Positions 24,847 to 39,466 of a stretch of DNA of 64,000 bases are shown here, one piece after another. The translations under genes were made by a program, and so were the position numbers. How positions within the stretch are numbered: position 1 is the stretch's first letter; each line of letters opens with the position of its first letter. The DNA lies in the NCBI GenBank assembly GCA_028023455.1, contig JAQFVV010000005.1:19220001-19284000 (forward strand), in the 5' to 3' direction. Source of the DNA: Epiperipatus broadwayi (taxonomy: Eukaryota > Animalia > Onychophora). The notes under the pieces are model-generated. The model searched no databases. It was not told the DNA's origin and was given only the letters and a program-made list of their open reading frames with translations.

Positions 24847-26462
24847 ATGCTAGACAAAATCAATGAAATATAACGTTACCGGGCCGCTGCAACTTTTTTC
24901 TTTTTTTATACAACAAGGGTTTTTTTTTTCTAATATTGATTAAACGAATAATTTTTATTTCATTTAGAACATGATTTCTTTATTATTAAACAAATTTTGA
25001 TATTCATTTTCGTTACTTTTTGTGGGTTTTTTGTTGGAACCTGATATTTTTTCAACAAATTTTGCTAATTGTATTTTTTTCTTTTTATCATTTGAAAACT
25101 TGGGACCGTTTCACGACGTCAAAAAAATTTGTTTGAATCCCACCGCCGAAAAAATAGAATACAATTATTTGCGACTTGTTTAGAACTTAATTCTACCTTT
25201 CTTTTATTTTTTTTGTCTTGACTAAATGGTTTTTCTTATTATTATTATTAATTTTACTTTTTTTTTTAAACACAACTTGTTATCACTTTGATTTAGATTA
25301 TGTTTGAATTAGCCTTTTTTTTTTTTTGGCTACTACAAGAAACAGCTTTTTGAGCGGGGGGGGGGGGGGAATTCGTACTGTTTATTATTAACAAAAAGGC
25401 AACAAAAATAGTCAATTATTTTAACAGCGCTGAAAAAAGAGAATCAACTTTGGGACTTGTTTCGAATTTTGATTTCTTTTTGGTTGACGTAATTGTTTTT
25501 CTTAATATTAAATCCAAATTTACTTTTGTGTTTTTGCCGATTCAAAAATTGTTTTCAAACACCCACCCCCACCCACTCGGAAAAAGAATTGTAACCAAAA
25601 AGTCAAGAATTTAACCTTTTTTTTCTTTTTTTGAAACAACTTTTTCTCACTTTTTACTTTGATTTCTATTTCGTTCGAATTACCTTTTTTTTTTTTTTTT
25701 TAGCCTTCTACAATAAACTGCTTTTGGGGGTGGGGTGTATTTCGTAATTTGTTATTCTTAACAAAAAGTCAACCAAAGTCGTCATTTATTTTAACCCCGC
25801 TGCAAAAAATTGAATCCAAATACTTGTCAATTTCTAATGAAATAAAAAACAAAAAAAAAAAGGACACAAACTTTGGACTTTTTAAAATTATTTATTCGAT
25901 TTTATTGCTGTAATAAAAAGTGGACATTACGTGTGCCTGACAAAATAAAAAAAAAACACAATCTCACACACTTTCTGTACTCGGCAATTTATCTGAAGAA
26001 AAGTTTCAAAATTGCACGTTCGTCTCAGATCTTTTAGTGGTCTCGAATATTTTCCCCACCACGCTGAAACGTGACTTAGCGCGTGAGCTTTGTCGAAGCC
26101 TGTTCGAACATACACTTTGCCAATTTTTTTACATATTAACCTTTTTTTCGGGAAGGGTGGGGACCATATGACAATTCTTAATAATTAACATTTTTTAAAT
26201 CGAAATGACATTACTCTATTATGGAAATTTGAAAAAGTCATACCGCCTTGAAATTTAAACACCCTCAAGCGATACGGTAATCAGCTATGAAAAGAACGAA
26301 TACGTGTAAAATAGCTTCGAAGCACAAAACAGGCCGTAATATTTTTGTGCAATGTCATGTAAAGAGGCCTAGCTCAATGGGTTAATACAATACGTAAATG
26401 TTGTATTAGCCTGTAAAGCCACGGCCGCCAAAACAGCATTTTTATGTGTTTTGACACGTAAA

Positions 26463-28706
26463 CAATGCCCCAAGCGGCCGTGCCCGGATTTCAGGCTTTT
26501 ACCAAAAAATCTTTAAAAATAATTTTTTCTATTAACACTGTTTGAATCTAGAAAATTTATAAAGGCAACTGATACATATGGGTGAGATTCAACTTTTATC
26601 TAACCAAAAGCCCCAGTCACTAGCTCAGGGAGAAGCTGAGCTTAAAATATCACTGTATATTTTAAAATTTCTAATTCTTAATTTTTAAAATATTGTTAAT
26701 AAAAATATATATAAGTAAATTATTGTCAAAAATTAATTAAACAAAGCATTTTTATTATAACACACATACACACATTAAAAAGGAAAATTTCGAAAACAGA
26801 GTTAACGATTAAATATATTTAATTTATGTATATGCACAGATGAATACATTTAATACAATTTTAATATTTTACTAAGTGTAAATACGCTACTTAGAATATG
26901 CATATAACTAACCTAATCCCTTTGAACCTTAGGCTAAAATCTCATGTTTAAACCAACGCTAGCTTACTGATATACTGATGTGACCAATGCAAAATGAGAT
27001 TATCATAACACAGTCATGCTGAGAGGAATTTACATCTGTTGCAGGATATCATTAGAAAATAACGAAGCATGGTGGGAAGGAATGAGCATCTTCCCCATGA
27101 TCATTAATAAATTTCACCAACAGACAGGAACAATCCACTACCCAATTGGTGATACAAAAATGAAATCATTTGAAATGTATATATGAGATGCTCTGTAAAT
27201 GGGGATAGGGATCTTTGCTAGCTTACTGTCCCAACCGGAGTGTAAGAAAAACAAAACAATGGCATAGGAAATATACCTATGATCACTGGCAACACAGTGG
27301 CTACCATTTTGGGCCATGCATTTAGGTGGGTATTATGCCCTGTATGCTAACATGCCATAAGGGAATGAGTATCCAATGCAGCAAATTACATTAGCATAAA
27401 AATCTGTACAATAAAAATCTGTACATCTCTCCACCAGCACCAATTCAACTACAAAACAATTAGCCCAAAATTAACAAACTTAAACTAATATAATCTTACG
27501 ACTATGCAGCCATTTACACCTATTTTAAATTATTGATTTAAAAGAAATTTATGAGAATGGAAATGATATTAAACACATATATAATAAATAATTTAAAATT
27601 TTAGTCAGGTACGAGATTTCTTTTAAAAATTAAGCGACGTTTAAAATTACTACTTGAAAAGTTTTTATTATATAATTAAAGTTCATAGTTCATTTAAAGC
27701 AAAAGTTCATACTTTCCAATGCTGTAGGTTTATTGAAGTCCGCCTTTGCAATCCTTAATACATCACACAACTATGTTCACAGTTCCTTCCATCCCAAACT
27801 GATATTGTCCTAGGTGGAGATGAATTTGTTGCTGGCCAGTTTCTGGGTACCATCACTCTGGAGGTCGCCTTAGCTGGTGCAAATATGGGAAATGTTATTT
27901 ATTGCGTGACCCCTACATTTGAGATCTGCAATACACGTATAAAATATGTTTCAATAACACACAATCAGCAAGAGCAATCCAAATCAAAATTCCATTTAGC
28001 AAAAAGTGTTCTTGTCTTCACTTTTATATCATTTTGAATTCTTTATCATCAAATTCCACAATCAATCTTGCCTGGCCTTTCTTATTGGCAATGATAACAT
28101 TTTTCTGTGGTTTATGTGTTCATTTCCTTTGTTATTGGCCAGCTTTCTTTAGAGCGGGAACTCAAAATTTAATTACTAGTATTTTTTAATTGATCTTTTA
28201 TCTGACTTTATGACCAAGAGTCTGTTTCCTATTATATCATTATAGAAAATCATTTCCATTCCAAGATTAAAAATAACTTTTAACTGTAATTAACAGCTTT
28301 TTTTAAATTCTTTTATATTAAAATCAATTATTGTTTTTAGATTTTTAACTTTAAATAATTATGTAATTAGTTTGCCATCTGTGTATTATATATAGTAATT
28401 TATAAAAATTATTAATTTTTATATATTTCTATTTAAGGATGATTTTATTTATAGATCTTTTCTACTTTTATTAGAAAGTGATGTAATGTCATATATATAT
28501 ACAGTTACAATATGTATAATTTTCTTTAATCTATAATATTTTTTAACATATTTGTTATATGTTCGTGTATATTTGTATTCATGAATTTGTATTGTATTTG
28601 TTATAGTTCTGAAGAAGATTGCTGGGGCAATCAAAAACATCAATACTGGGTTGTAAAAAGCATTGTAAAAAGTAATAAAGAATACAAATGATATTAATGT
28701 TATATG
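26463..28706. repeat. Right arm of long inverted repeat
   Basis: Reverse complement of 22220-24846. The 1.6 kb spacer (24847-26462) is T-rich and internally duplicated. Confidence 0.9.
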
Positions 28707-30503
28707 GATTTCGCAATGCAATAAGATAAAATTAAAATATTACACAAGATAGTAAGCTAGAATAATTGTTGTGAGGATAGCATTATATACAAAAAAAAAT
28801 CTTAAAGAAGGTTATATAATAAAATAAAAATATTTTAGAATTATTAAAAGTAATAATAATATATAGAATTGAAATTTTATAAGGGATCATTAAAAGTAAT
28901 ATTTTAAAATAAATATAAACAATGTAATAAGTAATTAAATTTAAGAGAAACTAAATAAATTTTATAAAATAGATTAAAACAGTATGGCGCGTTTTTCACA
29001 TCAAAGATTAAAATCTAGAATTAGAAAAATATATTTAAAAGTATATATGAATGTTTAAATTCATGTTTGTGTGAGTTGTTTATTACAAAAACAACATAAT
29101 TAAGTACCCTAATATTAAAAAATATAGATTCAAAAAAAAAAATCTATATTTTGATATATAAAAAAGAAAAATTTACAATAATTAAATGATTAAGACTGAT
29201 TTTAATTTTAAAGTTGCTTTTTGCATTGATAAGAGATTTGAAAACAAGGTATAATTTGAATCAACTAAATAATTATGGTATTTCAAAAATTAAATATAAT
29301 TAATATAAAGAGGTCATCAGGTGTTGAAAAAAGAGATCAATAGTATATATAGCCAGGGTTTTCTTGAAAAATTATTCTTGATTTTTGTTCTTATTCATGT
29401 TTCACTCTACATCATATTGTCATTATAACTGGCTAAGAGAAAAGGAATAACTTCCAGATGCTCAAACACTGCTTTGGATCCATTGATAAATCTAATAGGC
29501 TATATTTAAAAAAATCCTGACTCTCAATGTAACAAAAGAATAAAATGCTTAAATGTCAACAAATTTTTAAAAAGTACTTTAGGTAAAACTACAGGTCAAA
29601 AAAGAGAAATTTCAGCCTATCTAGAAAACAGATGCAAGATAGTATAGTTGTGCCTTGGAAAGTGGTAATAAAATAAATCAAATAATGCGTGCCATCGAGG
29701 GAGAAATGCCAGCCCAACTAAAAATCCTCACAGGTCCAAAACAATATACTACTATTTGATGTTTATATACATAATTTCTAAGATTACAAAAAAAAAAAAG
29801 TTTATCAATTAGACTGATATTCCAAAGCATTAATAATTTTAATTTTATTTTATAATGACTTCTGAATAGATACATTAATATATTTTATTATATATAATCT
29901 ATATATACATGTAGTGTAAATAATTTAATTGATTGATAAAGGAGAAAGCAAATCACGTTGATTAAGAAAGACCAGCAATTACAGTTTAATTTATAAGTAT
30001 GATTCTTTTCAAGTTATATTTAAAGAATCTACAAAACAATTACGCGGTCTCTTTCATTTTATGTATATAGAATTTAAAATCAGTGTCTCCTTTAAAAGAT
30101 AGATAAAGGGGGGAGGGGTCTTGTAATCTTGAAATTGTCAGAAAGTATTCAGTCACATAAAATAATCAGTTAATATAATAGTTATTTTTAAGTACACTGA
30201 GAGTGTGCATGCATGTGAAAATGTTTGAAATATGAAATATCCAAATAGTAATACAAATGATCACTATTAGAAAAAGAAATCATAATTTTGTATTAAACTT
30301 AATATTATTTAAATATGATCGAGCTCATCTTATACATGAATTGACTCTCACATTAACTATCATGCATTATACTTTTCACATGATCATCATCTCATGCTAG
30401 CACATAACTGTTATAGTAGTAACACCTTGTGTTAACCAGAGTAATCAATGGATGCCAGAAGGCTTGTGCATAAAATCCCTATCTAGTGCCTACTCATCCA
30501 ATA

Positions 30504-30545
30504 TCCTCAGACTAGTGTCTGGCTTGTGGCCTTCATCAGTGAGGA
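30504..30545 (-). ncRNA. Degenerate hammerhead, subfamily A (GAA to GAC)
   Basis: TCCTCA CTGATGA AGGC-CACAA-GCCA GAC ACTAGT C TGAGGA; a conserved core A is mutated. Confidence 0.6.
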
Positions 30546-30625
30546 GCCTTGGATCTGAGAGCACTGCACCTAGATCATAAAATCCCTATCTAGTGCCTAC
30601 TCATCCAATATCCCAGATCCAAGGC

Positions 30626-30667
30626 TCCTCACTGATGAAGGCCACAAGCTAAAAACTAGTCTGGGGA
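30626..30667 (+). ncRNA. Degenerate hammerhead, subfamily A (GAA to AAA)
   Basis: TCCTCA CTGATGA AGGC-CACAA-GCTA AAA ACTAGT C TGGGGA; catalytic G12 is mutated. Confidence 0.6.
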
Positions 30668-33600
30668 TATTGGATGAGTAGGCACTAGATAGGGATTTTA
30701 TGCACAAGCCTTCTGGCATCCATTGATTACTCTGGTTAGCACAAGGTGGCACTACTATATGGAGAGTTTTTGCATTATACTTTTATTTGAGTTTGTACTC
30801 ATGGTATAAAGCAATTATTTAGATCAGTAATTTGTATTGATAATACTATATCTATGATGACATGCATTCTAACACTTTCTTAAATTTGAAATCAGAATCA
30901 AAAGGCCTATCTCAATTAATTAAGTTGGGAATTATTAAAAAAAGATTCAAATCTAAAGTGACAACTCCTAGAATTATTGTTACAATGAGTATACATCTAG
31001 CAAGATTTGCAATGAAGACATACTTGGAAGTTGAATTTCATATTAGATACCTTTTGTAATTCATTTGTTACTAATTTTCTTCTTTTCTGAACCAACATAA
31101 TATCTAGTAATTAATGAATATAATCACCTTTTCTATGATTATATTCCTTAATTACTAGATATTAGATATCTGTAACTTGGCTATGGAGCCAAAGATAGTT
31201 GAATGAATGATTTTATATTTGTTAGGTCAGCAATGTGTAGAATGATATTCATGGTGCAATGATGGCCAGTGTTTGATCATGTAACTATATTTATATTGTA
31301 ATCTGAAATTTACAAATTAGCATTTTAAGATTAATCTGGGTAAAATATGGACATTTTAGAGACGAGTGGTATGGTAACTCTTTACATGGATGTATTTCAC
31401 ACAAAATTGATAGTTTGGAAATGACTATGAGAGAAAATCATGACCAGTTAACCAATTTCTGTTTTGATTAAGATGCAACCATAAAATACAGTTAGATTCT
31501 AAAGAATAATTTTAGGAATTAATAATGAAAGTATATTTATGGTTAAAGAAAATATTCTATGACAATTATAAGTTTATGAATAAATTATTTTTTAATTATT
31601 ATTTATTTAAATAGTGTGTATTTAACATATTATATATAAAGTTGCCTGGTTCATATAATAATTCCATTTCCATTTCATTGGGAGTAATTCATGATCTACC
31701 CAATTTCCCCTGAATAAATAGAGAATTATATAATGGTCGTGTTCATCATCATATTTCCCAATCCTGAGGATTTTCTGATGATTAATGTCAAGTTGTACGC
31801 TCAATCAGATCACAATCAAATTTCTACTAAACTTGAATAAGCTGACCTTTACAATATGCACACATGTATATGAGTGAAATGCACAGGCTGCTGACATGTT
31901 TATATTTTATTTTTTATGATAGCAATTATTCTTTTATCTACTAAAATTAATTTTAAAATAATTCAGTTATGTACAGTATAAATGTTTAAGAATAAAAATA
32001 TTAACTATATGCAATTAATATACATACATTATGCACTAATACATATAAGGATGTAGAGTTAGACATATACTTGCAGATTGTTCTGTCTTTGATTATTGTT
32101 TTAAATACCCGTTGGTAATATAACATAAATTTATGTATATATATTCAAACAGCAAAGATATCAATTTACATGTATATAAATATAATCCACATACCTATGT
32201 ACACAGATATAAATAAAAAGTAAACTTTTAATTTTATAATATCTATATGAAATATGTTTTTTTGTGAAATAGATTTATATTCTGTATTATAAATAATTAT
32301 AAAAATAATTTATTGTAAAAATTGAAAAATATATCGTAATGTTAAAACTTAAAATTTTATTATAGTAATAAAATATAAAAAAGCTTCTTTCATTAAATTT
32401 TTTCCTTTTCAAAAGCATTTTGATTTCTTTTCAAAAATCAACTTTTTTTTCATTGGAAACAATAAAAAAGCTTGACATTTTGAAATAAAAATGTTTTTTG
32501 AATTTTAATCTCTGCCATTTTTTGCGCTATCGCTATAAATCATACATTGTCTGAGAGATCATTTTCTACCTTTCCAAATATAAATTGCACAATTACAGTT
32601 TCAATAGTTTTCCAACAAGTTTGAAACGAATTTTTTTTTTCATTACAGACTTTCAAAAAGGAGAAGCAAAATTAAGATGATGTGTGACTAATTAATAGTA
32701 CTAAAAATAATTTATTCTAAAAATTGAATTATAAATACTTTGTAATACTATTTCTATTATAATAATAAAAATTAAATGCCTTTACAATATTAAAAACATT
32801 TCAAAAACATTTCAATTTCTATTTTAAAATTGTAATTTTTTTTATTTATAAAAGTTCAAAAAAAAATTAATCTTGAAATAAACAAATAATGTAAAATTTT
32901 CATAAATCTGTAAGATATATTATGAAAGATAATTTAACACAGAATTGAATGATGTATAACATGATTTTATAATTTTAAGAGTTTTCCTGCAAATTGAAAT
33001 GAAAGATCATGATTTAAAGGGAGATAGAACGTGCATTCTCAAAAACAATTTACAGAAAAAACACATTCAGATGAATACATTTAATTCATTAAAACTATTA
33101 TATAATTTGCTCATATAAATTTCTAACATCTGTTCAATATCTTCAATATACCACATGTACTAATATAATTTTAAAAGTTAAATCTGATTCTTATTTAATT
33201 CTTATACTAATATATTTAATAATCTTGAATATAATTAATAACTTTCACTATGGTGTCTGCTTTGCCCACTGGCTTAATTACAAACTTTAAAAGACTCATT
33301 TAGCTGAGTTTCTTCTTTTTTCTTTCTACGTATAAACATGCACACACGTATATACTTGTAAATAAAATTTTAAAAATTCCTTTCTGCATATAAGCATGCA
33401 TAAAACTTGCAAATAAAATTAAAAAGGTAAGTTTTTAAATATATTTTTTAACTTTGTTAATTCTCTTTTAAATTTCCTATTTATAAAAAAAAAAACCTAA
33501 CTCAACATTTTCACTATGCATACATTTTAACATTAATAATCAACAAAAAATTTTGTCTTCGTTTTTTTTTTTTTTTTAAAAAAAAAAAATTGTCTAGCTA

Positions 33601-35052
33601 AATCAATCCTTTAATTTTATAGCATTTGCAAATCAGTTTGCTAACCTAAATAGATTTAGAACTTATATTTTGTTTCCTCTTCAATGAAAAAAAAAAGGAT
33701 AAGTAATCAAGCATTACAAAAGAAAATCATAGTCAAGATACATAACTGCCTTAGTCTAATTTTACATATATCCATTTTAAAACTTGATTACATCTTTCTC
33801 ATTATAATCTATAAATTACAAACATAATATAAAAAACATTTTTAAAATACATATTTTTAAAACAATACTTAAATATGATATTGCAAAAAATATTTCCTAA
33901 TTTTAAATTATTTGAGAGTAATCAGTTTGTCCTGCTTTTAAAGTCAAGAAAAGTATAGTCTGTGCATTACTTCTTTAGGCTTAATCTTAGATTATCATTG
34001 TTTTCAGTAAAGTGTTAAGCAGAATAAAATGCATTATCTTTGGCTTTAGTTTTATTAATTGCTGGTTTTGAGAATTATTTTACTATTCTTGCACTATTCT
34101 ATTCATGTCATAGTTTTCGGCAATTATGATAGATTTTGAAATAAGAATTTACTGAGTGATTTCAGCAATCTTTTATCTATTACTCAGACATTATTTATCA
34201 AGAGCTATTGTAATATTTGGATGTTTAGTTAATTGAATTAATCAAACAGTCATCCTGGCATTTAGAATTGCTAGCATTAAAATACTTCCGAGTGTTATTT
34301 TAATTGATTCATGGTTACTGTCATCACTTCAGATAAAAATGTAACATTTGGAAGCAACTTTGAAGCAGAAGCAGGGATGAAAAAAGATTTTTAAAGTTGA
34401 GTTACTCAAACATAATGTGTTTCTAGCATAAAATTTGATATAGTACTACACCTTAAACTAGATCCTTAAAATGCTTAAATAAAACTATCAATATTTGAAA
34501 CTGATCTAATATAAAAAACTAAGTGACTTTTTTTTTCCATTGAATATAATTCACTTAACAACTATATAGTGATTACTAGCATATAATTTTGATACATATT
34601 ATCCAGTCTCCCAAACTTGGCAACTTTTTTTTTAATCATAGTTTCAGGAGCCTACAATAAATCTTTAAAACAAAATGGCTGACAAAAAGCAGCATATTTA
34701 ATATTTATAATTTTTTTTATTATTTTAAAAAAATAAAATTTTCCGCAAAAATTAATTATATTTCCACTTTATTTATTTATTTATTTATTTTTTTAATTAA
34801 ATCAACTTATTAATATAAAAATTAAGAAAATATAAGAAACATAACGCTGACTTCAACTTATTAATATAAAAATAAAAAATATATAAGAAACATCGTGTTA
34901 TATCATGCTGCAGACTTTTCAGGAGGGAAGCATCCGGTACCTTTAAAATACCCCACTGCATGCTGTTCTATTAAAGGAAGATGCCAAGCTTTCAACATTT
35001 TTCCAAAATAGTAGTGGCAAACAGAAAGATGCTAAATGTAAATGAACTACAA

Positions 35053-35521
35053 CATGGGTGGGCAATTGTTTTGGCTCGGGGGGCCGTAGATACTGGTGGG
35101 GGGCCGCATCGGGACCACGTTGTGAAAGCGAAGGTTAGCGGAGGGCCACACCTTTTTTTCATGACACAATAAACACAGTTTTATTCCCTGTATTACCAAA
35201 GAAATATTTGTTCGTCAATGCTTCATTAAACACAACATTCATCACCGATTTTACATTTTTTCGGAGGGTTCATGGTTTCACTAAAGTTGGAAATGTATAT
35301 ATTTGCTAATGCAAAGACAAAATTGAAATTAACCAGATCAACTGGAAAAGCACTGCATATCATATCTACACTGCACATGGGTATTGACGTGGTCATCCTA
35401 GTGGAAAATAAGAGATGAATCTTCGGTCGCTCAAGGAAAGAAAATCTCAGTACAAGGCGGATTTTTCAGATTGTCTTGGTGGGCCGCATGTGGCCCTTGG
35501 GCCGCAATTTGCCCACCCCTG
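35053..35521. mobile_element. Non-autonomous hAT (Charlie/SPIN-like) MITE
   Basis: Termini CATGGGTGGGCAATT ... AATTTGCCCACCCCTG with GGGCC-rich subterminal motifs. Confidence 0.8.
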
Positions 35522-35534
35522 CTATAGTCTATCA

Positions 35535-38500
35535 CAGGGGTGGGCAAACTTTTTTCGCTGAGGGTCACATTGTCTTTCGTAACACTTCTAGTGGGCCACG
35601 TCATAAATAGAATATTATTTGAAAACATAATTTTCATACAAATTTATTAATATGTTCACATATATCACAAAAATATATAACAAAAAATATTTTATTTTCT
35701 TATTAATGAGATTTATGCAATTGTTTACAATTTTGCTCTAAACTATCACAATCTGGATTGAGGCTACTAGTACCTATTCATAAAATTGCATATAAATTGG
35801 AATCTGACAAAACAGACCTATTCTTTGATTTGTTTATATTCATACATGAAAACATCTGTTCACAAATATATGTTGAAGCAAACAGTACAAACATTTTTTG
35901 GACAACGATTTTCAAATTACAAAATTTTTGTGAATTGAGCGATGCATAAAAATCAGTAAGTGTCATATTCATAAAAATTTTCTTCAGTGCATTATCTGAT
36001 TGAAGATCTATCAATTCAAATTGCAAATCATCCAATACTGTTTCTACATTGCTCGTAAATGGATAAACATAACAAATTAAATTCATTTTCCAGTGATTTA
36101 AAATCGGCAAAATGCCTTGAAAACTCTTCTCTTAAAACAGACAACTGCTTACCATATTTCTTTGAACAAACTTGATTGATAGTCTGCATCTGCAATATTG
36201 GAAAATGCACAAAATTTTGCTCATGGAGGTGTTTGGCCAAAAGTTGTAATTTCACTTGGAAAGATTTAATTTCCACAAATAATTCATGTGCAAAAACATT
36301 TTTGCCTTGTAATTTAATGTTCAATTCATTTAATTTATTGAAAATGTCAACTGCAAATGCAAAATCACATATCCATTCATTGTTTTTCATGTTAGTGACA
36401 AATTCACAATTAATGTCTTTCATTTGAAAGAAAAGCAAAATTTCTTGTCTGTTTCCATACCCTTTTCAGAACATTGCCAAGGCTTAACCAATGTACATTA
36501 TTATGATACAACACATCTAAATAATCACAATCCATTTCATCCAAGAAATTCCTGAACTGTCTGTGATTTAGTCCTCTTGCTCTGATGATGTTTATAGCAT
36601 GCACTACTGGATCAATCACATGTTTAAAGTCCAATGAAGATTTGCATAAGTTTTCTTGGTGAATTATACAATGCAATGATATTAAAGAATGATGTGGATG
36701 CTTTTCTTTCACTTTTTCACCAAGAAGCTTTACGAGTCCAACTGCTTTTCCTGTTAATGAAGGTGCACCATCGGTTGTTATGCTTACCAATTTATTCAAA
36801 GGTAATCCAGCTTTATTCAGACAATTTTCAAGGCATTCATACAAATCTTTACCAGTTGTTGTATCCATCAATTTTTCAAGTGAGAGCAACTCTTCAGCAA
36901 TTGCAAAATTATGATCAATCCCTCTGATGAATACAAGCAGTTGTGCCGTATCTTTAATATCATTGCTCTCATTCAATGCCAAAGAGTACCAATCAAATGA
37001 TTTGCCAACTTTAACTAACTGTTTTAACAAATTCTCTGAAATTGCATCTATACGTACTATAGTTCTTCTTGACAAAGATATTGCTTCAATTTTTGTTTTA
37101 ACTTCTGGGCAGACAATGTCAACAGTGGCAAGCATGCATTCCTTTAAAAATTCACCTTCAGAAAATGATTTGTTACGTTTGGCAATATTATATGCAAGTA
37201 CAAAACTAGCTTTCGTTGCACCAGTTTGTATCTCATTTTGTTTGACAAAAACATTTTGTTGCCAGTTTAAACTTGCCTTTTGCTTTTTTTCATTTTTTGA
37301 TAAAGTATTTGCAAATGTATTGTGCTTACTTTGAAAATGCCTCTTCAAATTGTACTCCTTGAAAACAGCAATGGTCTCACGGCATATTAAGCACACTGCT
37401 TTGTTTTCAACATTTGTGAAAAAATATTTCCATATCCATTCATTGTTAAAAGCACAGCGTGCATTGTCAATTTTACGTTTTTAACTGTAGTCATTTTTAA
37501 GAACAGATTTCAAAATTTGGAAATTAATAGGCACGTCCGAACACTAGTGAAACAAACAGTATACCGACAAGTGCAATGATTTTAATCAAAACGGTGAGAT
37601 TTAGACAAAACAGAGTTGATCAAGTGAAAAGTTCCAGGATCTTAATTTGAACAATTATTTATTTTACACATATAATGAAAACAAGTTAGGGTTTGATAGC
37701 TTCTACTCAATGAATTATATCTTTTATTATTACAGCATTTACGAAGCTAGCGTAAAGAATAAAGAAAATAATTGAGAATAAAAAAATAATAGACGTTCAT
37801 ATATATTTCATCACCTTTAAAGTTGAAAATAATTTTTTAATCTTAGTATTATTAGTTTTTGAAATTAACTAAATTTATTATTCATTTAGTTATTTTGAAG
37901 TTGTTGACAAGAACACCTGAGTTTGGTAATTATAAAATAAATTTTTAAAAAAAGTTTCAACTGGTGATGCATGATTAATTTATCTTTAAACAGAAAAAGA
38001 AAATCTTTTAGATACAGATGAGAGAAGTTGGATAAATTACTTAATTGTATTTTTTTAAAAAGGAGATAAATTTTTTAAAAATAAGTTACAAATAATTACT
38101 AACCTGCGTTATCTATTTGTGTGTTATTATTAACAAGTTGTTCGATTCTTAAATGCTAAAATTTAGCATAGGTTTGCTATTCATACCTGATGTCATCAAT
38201 GTATTGGATTGGATGAAAATATCAAAATAAGTACAAGAATAAAGACAATACATTTTTCCCAAGTGTTTACACACTTTTATTTCAAAAGACACTTGGGAAA
38301 TGTTGAGATTTTTATAGATCGTAAGCAAGATCTTTTTTTAAGAGAAGTTAAAAATCTTCCATCTGTCAATAAAGTTTTCGTTTTTAATAAACAGCATTTC
38401 AGTTCAAAGTTTACATTTGCGATTAAAAAAACAGGTTTTTATAAACAATTTTTTAAAAATTAGTTTCGATGATTTGAAAATATTTACAAATCGAATTTTA

Positions 38501-38742
38501 CTTTATTTTTAAAAAGACAAATATATACATGCATTAAATCAATATTATTTTATTTTTAAGAAACAATATATATATGTAAATTATTAACTGAAAGATATCA
38601 CATTACGTATTTTTTATCTATATGTAAAATCTGTATGATATTACGTATATATAAATACGACATTTTAAAACTTATAAGCGGGCCACACGAATGCCCGCCA
38701 AGGGCTGGATGTGGCCCACAGGCCGTAGTTTGCCCACCCCTG
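35535..38742 (-). mobile_element. Full-length decayed hAT DNA transposon (Charlie/SPIN/GTF2IRD2-like)
   Basis: TIRs CAGGGGTGGGCAAACT (35535-35550) and AGTTTGCCCACCCCTG (38727-38742) enclose a transposase pseudogene. Confidence 0.92.
35703..37494 (-). pseudogene. hAT transposase pseudogene (GTF2IRD2/SPIN-like)
   Basis: Reconstructed MTTVK/KRKID..., CLIC...NLKRHFQSKH zinc finger, SLALNES (first catalytic D appears as N), ITTDGAPS, HCIIHQENLC, WLSLG, STYICEQMFS. At least three frameshifts and one premature TGA near the end. Confidence 0.92.
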
Positions 38743-39466
38743 AACTACAACAATGTCGCATTTGCATGTTATAATATAAATTTTAAAAAAAGTTGAAATA
38801 AATCTTCTGAATGGAATTTATAATCAATTCTTAATTTTTTTAAACTTAACAACTAACATATATTCAGAAAAATAAAATTGAAAAAAAAAAAATCATAAAC
38901 AAATACTTGTATGTCCATGAAACTACAATTTTTTAAAAAGCTGCCAAACTTGGAGACAGGATAATTCATATTTTTTACATAATTGTTTCTTTATGTGACA
39001 CATAGGGGTTTTCACTTTCAAAATAGTAAAAAAAAAAGTCTGGAATCTTCCATATAATTATAAATACTTTTCTAAACAGAATTAAGTTGTTTTTCTAAGA
39101 TTTAAAAATAAAATCTTTAATCTTTATGTTATATTTGACTTTGTAACTTTTAAAAATCTTGAATATGGTTTTATTTCTTTATATTTCTCTTTATTACTTT
39201 TCTGATCATATATGTTATCTTAGAAAATATTTCTTAAAAAACTATTAAACTAAACATTTTATTAAAATTGAATCCAAATTTATTTTTCTTAATTATAACT
39301 AAAAATGTGAATCTTACATAAATTATTTGAAATTAAAAATAAATTTTGTTGTATACATATACAGCCATTCATATATATGTTAGATTACATTTGGGTCCTT
39401 TTGTTAAAAAATTGATATATTTGATTTCAACATAATTAAAATTTATTCATGTCTATCAGTTAAGAC

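Larger units (their letters stand above)
30377..30770. mobile_element. Subfamily-A hammerhead repeat insertion, inverted dimer, 14 bp TSD
   Basis: TGCATTATACTTTT at 30363-30376 and 30771-30784. Two ribozyme motifs lie in opposite orientation inside. Confidence 0.85.

Noticed and set aside
24847-26462. Internal duplication and long G/T homopolymers in the fold-back spacer as a functional G-quadruplex or repeat
   Set aside because: The pattern resembles low-accuracy long-read gap fill; I would not interpret it without raw reads.
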